DNA of 54,875 bases from Deltaproteobacteria bacterium (GTDB lineage: Bacteria > Desulfobacterota > Dissulfuribacteria > Dissulfuribacterales > QOAL01): assembly GCA_027067775.1 (NCBI GenBank), contig JAMOVK010000032.1, positions 1-54,875 on the forward strand, given 5' to 3'. This document shows, in pieces, positions 8,835 through 17,390 of this stretch. The translations under genes were made by a program, and so were the position numbers. The notes under the pieces were generated by a model. It had not been told where the DNA came from. It searched no databases and saw nothing but the letters and a program-made list of their open reading frames with translations. Every line of letters starts with the position of its first letter. The first letter of the stretch is position 1.

Positions 8835-9131
8835 TTACCTCCTGTGACTTAAGTATTGATGTTGTGTTTCATTGTCTTGATGATCCTGAATAGGGCTAGA
8901 AGGGGGAGTGGCCAGGGCTTCCAGTACGTGTTGGGCCTTTTGAGAGTCATTTTTGTAGACCTTGTCAAGGATATCGGGAAAGAAAAAGAACTTGAAAACG
9001 AAAACGATTACAAAGACCTTTATCAATATGATTTTCCAGAGGGTCCTACCCACAGTCATTGATTTAAAACCCTGCATATAGAAATAGGCTATTTTTTGCC
9101 AAAAACCTTTTATGAACTTCATGGTGGACAT
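8835..9131 (-). CDS. DUF4492-family small membrane protein preceding cydA
   Basis: FYMQGFKSMTVGRTLWKIILIKVFVIVFVFKFFFFP matches my recollection of DUF4492. Start moved to ATG 9131 (GGAG upstream); ATG 9122 is an alternative. Confidence 0.8.
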   Translation of the reverse strand: MSTMKFIKGFWQKIAYFYMQGFKSMTVGRTLWKIILIKVFVIVFVFKFFFFPDILDKVYKNDSQKAQHVLEALATPPSSPIQDHQDNETQHQYLSHRR

Positions 9132-9195
9132 TTTTAATGGTTTTCTCCAAATGGATCTGATAATATAGTAGCCGTTGGGGATAAAGTTGATTATT

Positions 9196-9246
9196 AAGAC
9201 AATTTTTATCTTCAAGTTAAAAATCTGTCAAGACAATTTTTGTCAA
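9196..9246. promoter_or_regulatory. Two imperfect palindromes (candidate operator pair) in the divergent cyd / ABC intergenic region
   Basis: AAGACAATTTTTATCTT (9196-9212) and AAGACAATTTTTGTCAA (9230-9246), 34 bp apart. Confidence 0.4.
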
Positions 9247-9314
9247 AGTGTATTTTTCCAATAGAATTGTATCTAATTTCTAACATATCACCCAGAAAAA
9301 TGGAGGAAAGAAAA

Positions 9315-9998
9315 ATGTGGAAAGGATTCGTTGTTGGTAGTCTGGTTATCACTTTTATTTTTGGGCTTGCCCAGCCACTGTTGGCAAAAGACAGCAAGAT
9401 TAAAGAAAACGGGCTGCTTTTATGGGATTTTGAAGATGTGCCTGTGGGGAGTCTTCCAGAGGGTTGGAAGGTGGAGGCCACCCGGCAAAACGGACCTCTG
9501 GCCACCTGGGAGGTTGTTGAAGATAAAAGTGCTCCGTCAGGGGAAAAGGTCCTTGCACTAACAAAGATCAACCATCATTCAGGCAGTACATTCAACCTGT
9601 GTTGGACAGATAAGGTGGTTTTCAAAGATGGTACAATCACAGTGTTGTTCAGGCCTGTTAGTGGCAGGATTGATCAAGGTGGAGGGATCATGTGGCGTAT
9701 TCAAGACAGGAATAACTACTATATTGCTAGATTTAACCCTTTAGAAGACAACTTCAGGATCTACTATGTATCAAATGGACACAGGATGATGATGAACAGT
9801 GCCCGCGTGTCTCTTTCCACCAACAAGTGGCACTCAATGAAAATAGTCCAGCATGGTGATGCTTACGAGTGCTACCTTAATGGAAAAAGATTCCTGCATG
9901 GCACTGATAATCACTTTGAAAAAAGCGGTGGGGTTGGATTGTGGACAAAGGCAGATGCTGTAACATCTTTTGATGATTTTAAGGTGGAGCCGAGGTAG
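9315..9998 (+). CDS. Exported DUF1080 / LamG-like beta-jelly-roll protein
   Basis: GGAGG RBS at 9302 before ATG 9315; signal peptide; DQGGGIMWR…NYYIARFNPLEDN…WHSMKI…GGVGLWTKAD…FDDF pattern. Confidence 0.7.
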   Translation: MWKGFVVGSLVITFIFGLAQPLLAKDSKIKENGLLLWDFEDVPVGSLPEGWKVEATRQNGPLATWEVVEDKSAPSGEKVLALTKINHHSGSTFNLCWTDKVVFKDGTITVLFRPVSGRIDQGGGIMWRIQDRNNYYIARFNPLEDNFRIYYVSNGHRMMMNSARVSLSTNKWHSMKIVQHGDAYECYLNGKRFLHGTDNHFEKSGGVGLWTKADAVTSFDDFKVEPR

Positions 9999-10000
9999 CA

Positions 10001-11062
10001 ATGGCAAAGCAAATGAAAAATATCAGTCAAGGGCCTATTTTTTTGATATTAGGTCTTGCTGTCTTGTCCGTGGTTGTTGTGTTTTTTCTTAACGGCTGTT
10101 CCCAGCAGGATGCTTCTTCCAAAAAGACCGTGGTTGTCTATGTGTCGGAAGATCAGGTCTTTTCAGAACCTATTCTGGCAGATTTTGAGAGGAAGACAGG
10201 TATTAAGGTAAGGGCCCTGTTTGATACAGAAGAGGCCAAGAGTACTGGTGTGATGAATCGGCTTCTGGCTGAAAAACGAAATCCACAGGCTGATGTATAT
10301 TGGGCTAACGAACCTATAAGGGCACAAATTCTAAAAGACAAGGGGATTGCAGCCCCCTATCTTTCAAAGAACGCCAAGGGAATTCCGGCTACCTTCAAAG
10401 ATCCTGAAGGTTACTGGACAGGTTTTTCAGCCAGGGCCAGGGTGCTTATCGTAAATGCAAAGGTGCAAGATAATCCCAGGTCTGTGATGGATTTTGTGTC
10501 ACCTAAATGGAAGGGGAGGGCAGTTATTGCAAATCCCCTTTTTGGCACCACCACTGCCCACATTGCCGCCCTTTTCACTGTGCTTGGAGATGAACAGGCA
10601 AAGAGATTCATGGAAAAGATGAAGGCTAATCGGGTAGCAGTCTCAACAAGTAATGGAGAAAGCGCAGACTTTGTGGCATCAGGCCGTTATGATTTTAGCT
10701 TGGTAGACAGTGATGATGCAGTCAATAGAATAAAACAGGGAAGATCTGTAAGGATGGTATATCCGGATCAGGAAGAGGGAGGTCTTGGTTGTTTTATCGT
10801 TCCCAATGTGGTGGTTTTGATAAAGGGTGGACCTCATCCAAAAGAGGCAAAAAAGCTTATTGATTATCTTCTTTCAAAAGAGGTGGAAAAGAGGTTGGCT
10901 TTTGCAGACTGTGCGCAAATACCGCTTCACCAAGGAGTTGAAATGCCTTCATGGCTTAGATCTCTTGATCAAATCCGTATCATGAAGGTGGATTACGGTC
11001 AGGTTGCCAAAAAAATGCTTGAAATCCAACCCCTTTTGAAGGAATGGGTCGGTCTTAAATGA
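10001..11062 (+). CDS. Fe3+-type ABC transporter substrate-binding lipoprotein (AfuA/FbpA family)
   Basis: Lipobox LNGC; FERKTGIKV, RLLAEKRNPQADVYW, AKKLIDYLLS motifs. Confidence 0.85.
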   Translation: MAKQMKNISQGPIFLILGLAVLSVVVVFFLNGCSQQDASSKKTVVVYVSEDQVFSEPILADFERKTGIKVRALFDTEEAKSTGVMNRLLAEKRNPQADVYWANEPIRAQILKDKGIAAPYLSKNAKGIPATFKDPEGYWTGFSARARVLIVNAKVQDNPRSVMDFVSPKWKGRAVIANPLFGTTTAHIAALFTVLGDEQAKRFMEKMKANRVAVSTSNGESADFVASGRYDFSLVDSDDAVNRIKQGRSVRMVYPDQEEGGLGCFIVPNVVVLIKGGPHPKEAKKLIDYLLSKEVEKRLAFADCAQIPLHQGVEMPSWLRSLDQIRIMKVDYGQVAKKMLEIQPLLKEWVGLK

Positions 11063-12654
11063 CAAAAAGGATCCTGCTTTGGGCAGCAGTTTCCCCGCTC
11101 TTTATCTGTGGTCTGCTGCCCATTATTTTCATGTTGGTATCTAGTACAGTTGCAGATGGAGAATTCACATTCAGTGCATACTCAGAGCTTTTAGGCTCGA
11201 CGCGTCAATGGCTCCTTCTTGAAAATTCATTGATCCTTGCAGGTATTGTGGCCTTCAGCGTCACCATTATAGGAGTTTCTTTTGGGATTCTAATTGGAAA
11301 GAGCGACCTTCCCCTGAAGAAATGGCTTCTTTTTATCCTTTGTATCCCAATACTTATCCCTCCATACATAGTTGCCGTAGCATGGGACCAGTTGCTTGCC
11401 CCTGGCCAGGGTCCGCTGCTGCTTTTCCCACAACCATGGCATGAAAAGGTTCACAGACTTCTTTTTGGCCTTGCTGGTTCGGTTTTTGTCCTTTCTACAG
11501 TTTACCTGCCGATTCCTCTTTTACTCACCTCCTTCTTTGTTAGAACCGTTAATCCTAGGTTTGAAGAGGCAGCCCGCCTGAATGCTGCCTGGCCAAGAGT
11601 AATAAGACAGATCACATTGCCTTTGATATGGCCAGGCATTCTCCTTGCCAGTATGTTGGTCTTTGTTTTAACAATAGGCCAGTTAAGCGTTCCTTCCTAT
11701 TTACGTTTTCAGGTCTTTTCTGTTGAAAGTTTTACACGTTTTTCAGCACTTTACGATTTTAAAGGAGCCACGGCAAACAGCATACCTCTGGCTGTCATGG
11801 TTCTGCCCTTGTTGTTCCTCGAAGTCTGTTTGGCCAAAAAATGGAACCTTTTTACCTCTGGAATGGTTCAGGCAAGGGGCCTTTTGCAAATAAGGCTTGG
11901 CAAATGGAAAAGGCCTGCCTTTATTTTGGTCTTTGTTTTTGCCTTTATCTTCGTGGTCCTGCCTCTTGGATATTTAGTCATTAATTCTTGTCAAAAGGGT
12001 GTGTACCTCAGGGCCATTGAAATGGCAGGGGAACCGCTTAAAAGAAGTTTTTTCTACAGCGCAGTTGCTGCCTCCATTTTGAGCATTTGTGGATTTATGG
12101 CTGCCTATGCCATAAAAAACCAGGCAATATGTTGCTGGCGTCTAGTGAATATGGCGGGTCTTTTTCTTTTTGCCCTGCCTGGAACCGTGCTTGGCATAGG
12201 ATTGATAGGTCTCTGGAATACTAAATGGACCCATTTTGTATACGGTTCAATGTCCATAGTGATCATGGGATATGTTGCCAAGTATTATATTTTGTCGGTA
12301 AAGGTGATAGAGGGACGATTTTTGCAGATCCCTTCTTCCATGGAGGAGGCAGCCCAGCTTGCAGGTGCATCATGGTTAAGGCGCATGATATCGGTGCTTT
12401 TTCCCCTGTCTAGAAGGTGGGTTTTTGCATCATGGCTTTGTGTCTTTATATTTTGTCTTAGAGATACAGACATCACCATGTTGGTCTATCCCCCTGGATG
12501 TGACACATTGCCAGTACGTATATTTACTACCATGGCCAATGGAAGCCCACAGCTTGTTGCTGCCATGTGTGTTTTGATGGTGCTTTCAGTCGTGGTGCCA
12601 GCGGCCTTTGTGTGGATTACATTGATGGCATCTGGGAGATGGGAAAATGTCTGA
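11059..12654 (+). CDS. Fe3+-type ABC transporter permease (FbpB-like, two fused TM modules)
   Basis: Two EAA loops (FEEAARLNAA, MEEAAQLAGA); ATGA overlap with the binding-protein gene. Confidence 0.88.
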   Translation: MTKRILLWAAVSPLFICGLLPIIFMLVSSTVADGEFTFSAYSELLGSTRQWLLLENSLILAGIVAFSVTIIGVSFGILIGKSDLPLKKWLLFILCIPILIPPYIVAVAWDQLLAPGQGPLLLFPQPWHEKVHRLLFGLAGSVFVLSTVYLPIPLLLTSFFVRTVNPRFEEAARLNAAWPRVIRQITLPLIWPGILLASMLVFVLTIGQLSVPSYLRFQVFSVESFTRFSALYDFKGATANSIPLAVMVLPLLFLEVCLAKKWNLFTSGMVQARGLLQIRLGKWKRPAFILVFVFAFIFVVLPLGYLVINSCQKGVYLRAIEMAGEPLKRSFFYSAVAASILSICGFMAAYAIKNQAICCWRLVNMAGLFLFALPGTVLGIGLIGLWNTKWTHFVYGSMSIVIMGYVAKYYILSVKVIEGRFLQIPSSMEEAAQLAGASWLRRMISVLFPLSRRWVFASWLCVFIFCLRDTDITMLVYPPGCDTLPVRIFTTMANGSPQLVAAMCVLMVLSVVVPAAFVWITLMASGRWENV

Positions 12655-13315
12655 GAACAGTATGGTATGTTTGGAATCTGTCTCTTTTTCTATTAATGGA
12701 CGACAGATATTAAAGGATGTAAGTCTTAACATCCCTCACGGAACAAGGCTTGTCCTTCTTGGTCCTTCAGGCTGTGGCAAGACTACACTGCTTAGATTAA
12801 TAGCTGGTTTTAACGCTCCAGATACCGGGTCCATCTTTATAAATAACACAGTAGTGTCCCAAAACGGTAGGGTTGTTGTTCCTCCAGAAAGGCGAAACAT
12901 CGGGTTTGTATTTCAGGATCTTGCCCTGTGGCCACACATGAGTGTTTATGGCAATCTGGAGTTTGGACTTAGGGTCAGGGGGGTCTCCAAATCCCATAGA
13001 AGAAAGCGTATCTTAAAAATGCTTGAAATGACCGATCTTGCTGGAATGGAAAGGCGCAGGCCTTACGAACTTTCTGGAGGTCAGCAGCAAAGGGTGGCCC
13101 TCGCCCGAGCGCTTGTAACAGATCCGGAGCTTGTTTTGATGGACGAACCTTTGTCAAGTCTCGACTGGGATCTTAGGAGGCGCATTGCAGCTGAGATATG
13201 CAAACTCCAAAAAGATCTTGGCTTCACCATGATTTATGTCACCCACGACAAGGAAGAGACAAACCAGCTTGCAACCCAGGTGGTTATTATGAAGGCCGGC
13301 ACTGTTAGTTGTTAG
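12647..13315 (+). CDS. ABC transporter ATP-binding protein (FbpC-like, no TOBE domain)
   Basis: GPSGCGKT, LSGGQQQRVALARAL, LMDEP and YVTHD motifs. Confidence 0.92.
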   Translation: MSENSMVCLESVSFSINGRQILKDVSLNIPHGTRLVLLGPSGCGKTTLLRLIAGFNAPDTGSIFINNTVVSQNGRVVVPPERRNIGFVFQDLALWPHMSVYGNLEFGLRVRGVSKSHRRKRILKMLEMTDLAGMERRRPYELSGGQQQRVALARALVTDPELVLMDEPLSSLDWDLRRRIAAEICKLQKDLGFTMIYVTHDKEETNQLATQVVIMKAGTVSC

Positions 13316-13359
13316 ATAACAACATGCTTTTGGAGCTAGATAGGGGTGAAAAGAGAAAA

Positions 13360-13386
13360 GGGGTTACGACTTTTTGCCGTAACCCC
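13360..13386 (-). terminator. Rho-independent terminator of tRNA-Met (possibly bidirectional)
   Basis: GGGGTTACG / CGTAACCCC stem, followed on the minus strand by TTTTCTCTTTT. Confidence 0.75.
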
Positions 13387-13396
13387 CTGATTTTCT

Positions 13397-13473
<77 letters not shown>

Positions 13474-13490
13474 GCAGATGTGTGTTAAAT

Positions 13491-13519
13491 TTAATAATCA
13501 TGATGAAGTTACTTGTCAA
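13491..13519 (-). promoter_or_regulatory. Candidate sigma70 promoter of tRNA-Met
   Basis: Minus strand TTGACA-N17-TATTAA ending 17 nt upstream of the tRNA. Confidence 0.5.
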
Positions 13520-13598
13520 TACTCTTGTTCTGGATCCGTTCCTTTAAGAAGGAGCGGCAATGTACCTGATTTTTTTATAATGTCTTCGGGGACTTATT

Positions 13599-14180
13599 AT
13601 GGTAAACGACGCAGTGGTCATAATGGCGGGAGGCAGGAGCAAAAGATTTGGTTCCAACAAGGCCCTGGTATCCTGGAAGGGCAAAACTTTAATAGAAAAT
13701 GTTTTGGAAAAGGCAGCAAGAGCATGTCCAAACCTTGTTCTTTCAGTGGCAAAGCCAGATGACTTCCGCTGGCTGGACGTTCAGAAGGTTGTGGATCGTA
13801 TAAAAGGAATAGGGCCAATGGGTGGACTTTATTCCTGTCTCAAAACCCTTCCTTACGAAAATGTTCTGCTTGTGGCCTGTGATATGCCCATGTTAAGCCC
13901 GGAGTTAATCGGTTTCATGCTCGAATATCAGTGTGACGAACCAATTTTGATCCCTAGGACAGGTGAAAGGCTTCATCCCCTTCATGCTCGTTATCACAGA
14001 AGCCTACTGCCGGTGATAGAAAAGCTTATCACAAAAAACCGCTACAAAATGGCAGAGCTTTTCAATGAGGTCCCTGTTAATGTAATTACACCTTCTGATG
14101 TGAAACCCATTGATCTCGGTTTTTGTCTTTCAAACATCAATACTCCTGATGACCTAAAAAAGATAAAAAATATTTTTTAG
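13599..14180 (+). CDS. mobA: Molybdenum cofactor guanylyltransferase
   Basis: IMAGGRSKRFGSNKA, GPMGGLYS, VACDMP and NINTPDD motifs. Confidence 0.93.
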   Translation: MVNDAVVIMAGGRSKRFGSNKALVSWKGKTLIENVLEKAARACPNLVLSVAKPDDFRWLDVQKVVDRIKGIGPMGGLYSCLKTLPYENVLLVACDMPMLSPELIGFMLEYQCDEPILIPRTGERLHPLHARYHRSLLPVIEKLITKNRYKMAELFNEVPVNVITPSDVKPIDLGFCLSNINTPDDLKKIKNIF

Positions 14181-14279
14181 CATCAAACCAGAGTCTCATT
14201 ATGTTCAATAACTGTTGCCTGCAAAGATCATGTAGTTTAGACTGGCAGGGCCGTTAAACAAATTCTACAGGAAAATAAA

Positions 14280-15188
14280 ATGTCACTTAAGCACTTAGAA
14301 AAGAGAATAGACAAGGCCCTAAAAAAGGGGCAGAAAGACAGCGTTGTTGAACCGGTCAGACTCGACAGGGATAGTAAGTTCAAATTTCGCTGTTATCCCG
14401 GGGTGAGCTGTTTTACAAAATGCTGCAGGAACATGAATATCATTCTCACCCCTTATGATATTATCAGACTGAAACACCGGCTGGGCCTTTCGTCTGACCT
14501 GTTTTTAAGACTTTATACAGAACCAGAGCTTCTGGGCATAACCAGGATTCCAGTAGCCAGGCTCAAGATGCTTGAAGATGAAGATGGTAGATGTCCTTTT
14601 GTGACAAAGGACGGATGTCAGGTCTATTCTGACAGACCCGTGTGCTGCCGTTACTATCCGGTTGGACTTGCCAGTCTGAGACAGCAGGAACAGCATGCTG
14701 GCGAGGAAGAGGAGTTTTTCTTTTTGGTTAAGGAGCCGCATTGCAAGGGATTTGAAGAAGACACGGAATGGACAGTGGAGTCGTGGAGGCAGGATCAGGG
14801 CTCGGATTTCTACGACAGGATGAATCGTGAATGGATGGAGCTGCTGCTGCGCAAACGTTCTTTTGGAGAAGAGACAGAGATGCCTCCAAAGGCCAGGGAA
14901 CTCTTTTTCATGGTTTCAACCAATATGGAACGGTTCAGGAATTTTGTGTTTGAAAGCCGTTTCCTGGATACCTACGTTGTTGATGGAAAGGTGCTTAGAA
15001 AGATACTTGAAGATGATGTAGAACTTATGCAGTTTGGTTTTGAGTATCTAAAGGTGGCAGTTTTTGGAGCTGAGTCTGATGTGATAAAATTGAGGGAGGA
15101 TATCCTTAACGCAACCGTTAAGAAAATTATCAAACGTAGGAAAAAAAGACGCAGGAGACTTGAGCGTCTGGCGAAAGGTCGCAGATAG
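14280..15188 (+). CDS. YkgJ-family (CxxCxxCC) cysteine-cluster protein
   Basis: FRCYPGVSCFTKCC…CPFVTKDGCQVYSDRPVCCRYYP…HCKG; very basic C-terminal tail. Confidence 0.85.
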   Translation: MSLKHLEKRIDKALKKGQKDSVVEPVRLDRDSKFKFRCYPGVSCFTKCCRNMNIILTPYDIIRLKHRLGLSSDLFLRLYTEPELLGITRIPVARLKMLEDEDGRCPFVTKDGCQVYSDRPVCCRYYPVGLASLRQQEQHAGEEEEFFFLVKEPHCKGFEEDTEWTVESWRQDQGSDFYDRMNREWMELLLRKRSFGEETEMPPKARELFFMVSTNMERFRNFVFESRFLDTYVVDGKVLRKILEDDVELMQFGFEYLKVAVFGAESDVIKLREDILNATVKKIIKRRKKRRRRLERLAKGRR

Positions 15189-15220
15189 CGCAGTAGGATA
15201 GGCCTCTTTCTGCAGTTTAA

Positions 15221-15952
15221 GTGGAACTATCAGTCCGAAATATCAGCTTTGGCTACAAAGAAGCAGAATATCTCCTCTTTCACAGACTGAATTTCCATAT
15301 TACATCGCCAGGTTTTTATTCCCTGTTTGGTTTTTCAGGTTGTGGCAAATCCACCTTGGCAAGGATTATTGCAGGTCTTTTAAGTCCACAAGAGGGAATT
15401 GTCCAAAAAGATCATATTCACACCATCTTACTTTGTTACAACACGGAGCGACTGCCCGGATGGTTGTCTATAGGGCGTCACCTTGAAAGTGTTAAGGCAA
15501 AACGGGTCTCGATGCAGGATCTGGAATTTATAGTGGATCAGTTGGGTTTACATCCTCTTCTTGGTAAAAAATTTTTTAGATTATCCATGGGCCAAAAGAA
15601 TAGGGCAAATCTTGCAAGATACCTTGTGCAGGATTTTGATATGCTCATATGTGATGAGGTTTTGGCCAATGTAGATGAACCTTCAAGAAATCACATCCTA
15701 GCCATAGTCAAGGAAAAATTTTGTAAAGATAAGATCGTCTTTTATATCTCTCACAATGTTGATGAGGTCTGTTTTTTTTCCAAAAAGGTGTTTGTTATCT
15801 CTGGTGGAACATCCGAAACAAAAAGGCTCGTTGAAATTCCAGGAATTGATGGAATAAAAAGACAGCGTGACCCCGGTATGGACGAGTTGGTCCAAAATAC
15901 AATTTTTAAGGTCTTGATGGCTGCCTCTAGTTCACAAGGAAGGGAGCGATGA
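15221..15952 (+). CDS. ABC transporter ATP-binding protein (NitT/TauT-like)
   Basis: GFSGCGKST, variant signature LSMGQKNR, ICDE, ISHN. Confidence 0.8.
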   Translation: MELSVRNISFGYKEAEYLLFHRLNFHITSPGFYSLFGFSGCGKSTLARIIAGLLSPQEGIVQKDHIHTILLCYNTERLPGWLSIGRHLESVKAKRVSMQDLEFIVDQLGLHPLLGKKFFRLSMGQKNRANLARYLVQDFDMLICDEVLANVDEPSRNHILAIVKEKFCKDKIVFYISHNVDEVCFFSKKVFVISGGTSETKRLVEIPGIDGIKRQRDPGMDELVQNTIFKVLMAASSSQGRER

Positions 15953-16686
15953 GGCTTTTCCAGTTTTCCATCATATTTTTATTTTTTCTTTCCATGATAG
16001 AAGGGGTAAAGTATGCAACTGGCCTTTCCGACTATTTAATCCCGCCTCTATCTGAAATCACGGCCATGATCCTTGGCAGGTGGCGTGATTTTTTAGTGCC
16101 CTCGTTGAACACTCTGGGTGTGGCAATAGGGGGGCATTGCCTTGCCATTATCCTTGCAGTTGTGGTTGCCTTTTGGGCTAGGGGCGGCTCTATCTTATCC
16201 AATATGATTAAGACTGCAGCATATAATCTTCAGGCTTACCCGGTGGTGGCTATAGCGCCCTTGGTCTTCATCTTTCTTGGAGACGGCCTGGTCTCAAGGC
16301 TGCTTATTGCTACCCTTATTTGTTATTTTCCTTTACTTTTAAACTTTCTTGGAATCTTTTCTTCTTCAGTAGAGGAAGTAGAACATTTTTTTATGCAAAC
16401 CGGCAGGCTTGACAGCATGATGGAGATAACCATCAGAGTCTTTGAAAACCTTGATAAAATGATAACCGTGATTGCAGGAAGTGCCACCTTGGCAATGGTA
16501 GGGACCATTGTGGCAGAATTCTTGGCTGCTACCATGGGCATTGGCTATGTAATTAGAAAGGCCCTTTATCAGAACAATCTTGCAGCTATCCTTGCCTGTC
16601 TTCTTTACATAGGTTTTTGTTCTTCCCTGTATCTAATGGCAGTGGAGGGAATGGGCCGATTTATAAAGAGACAGCTTCTCACCTGA
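15949..16686 (+). CDS. ABC transporter permease (NitT/TauT/SsuC-like)
   Basis: QAYPVVAIAPL and IVAEFL…GIGYVI motifs; ATGA overlap with the ATPase gene. Confidence 0.8.
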   Translation: MRLFQFSIIFLFFLSMIEGVKYATGLSDYLIPPLSEITAMILGRWRDFLVPSLNTLGVAIGGHCLAIILAVVVAFWARGGSILSNMIKTAAYNLQAYPVVAIAPLVFIFLGDGLVSRLLIATLICYFPLLLNFLGIFSSSVEEVEHFFMQTGRLDSMMEITIRVFENLDKMITVIAGSATLAMVGTIVAEFLAATMGIGYVIRKALYQNNLAAILACLLYIGFCSSLYLMAVEGMGRFIKRQLLT

Positions 16687-16705
16687 GATTGGTAAGCGGC
16701 TTTCT

Positions 16706-17347
16706 TTAATGAATCAACTTGCCAAAGCGATTCCAGCGTATCCCATGGGAGTCTGAATCCCAACTAAAGTAGATTATAAAGGCCTTGCCCTTTACATCTT
16801 TTACAGGCACAAATCCCCAGAAACGGCTGTCAAAACTTTGATCCCTGTTGTCTCCCATAACAAAGAGTTTCTCCGGGGGAACCTTGATGGGGCCAAGGTT
16901 GTCTCTGGGGCTGACCCCTGCTGGAAGTATGTTTGGATCTGTATGTTGTACCCCAGGAGGGTCTTTAAAGGGCTTTCCATTAACAAAAACCTTCTTGTTT
17001 ATGATCTGGATGGTGTCTCCTCCTACGCCTATCACCCTTTTGATAAAATCCTTATCCCTTTCCAATGGAAAAATGAATACGATAACATCTCCCCGCTGGG
17101 GCTTGTCCAGGTCTATCCATGTGGTGCGCGTAAGTGGATTTTTGACTCCATATATAAATTTGTTAACTAGTATGTGGTCTCCAATGAGCAGGGTTTGGAT
17201 CATGGAGCCAGAAGGGATCTTAAATGCCTGTACTATAAAGGTCCTGACGAACAGGGCAATAACAAGGGCAATAAGAATTGCCTGGGCATATTCTTTTAAG
17301 GTATTTATATCAAAAAATGGAAAGGGATTTGAGGTGTTTGATTTCAT
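16706..17347 (-). CDS. lepB: Signal peptidase I
   Basis: IPSGSM, FIKRVIG and MGDNRDQSFDSRFWG motifs; downstream of lepA. Confidence 0.96.
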   Translation of the reverse strand: MKSNTSNPFPFFDINTLKEYAQAILIALVIALFVRTFIVQAFKIPSGSMIQTLLIGDHILVNKFIYGVKNPLTRTTWIDLDKPQRGDVIVFIFPLERDKDFIKRVIGVGGDTIQIINKKVFVNGKPFKDPPGVQHTDPNILPAGVSPRDNLGPIKVPPEKLFVMGDNRDQSFDSRFWGFVPVKDVKGKAFIIYFSWDSDSHGIRWNRFGKLIH

Positions 17348-17390
17348 GGGGTGCTATGTTAGTGCCTGCCTGCAGGATATGCAAGGCACA

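Noticed and set aside
1-13396. Genomic island integrated at the 3' end of tRNA-Met
   Set aside because: Accessory-looking genes lie 3' of the tRNA, but I found no integrase, no duplicate of the tRNA 3' end in the window and no obvious compositional break.
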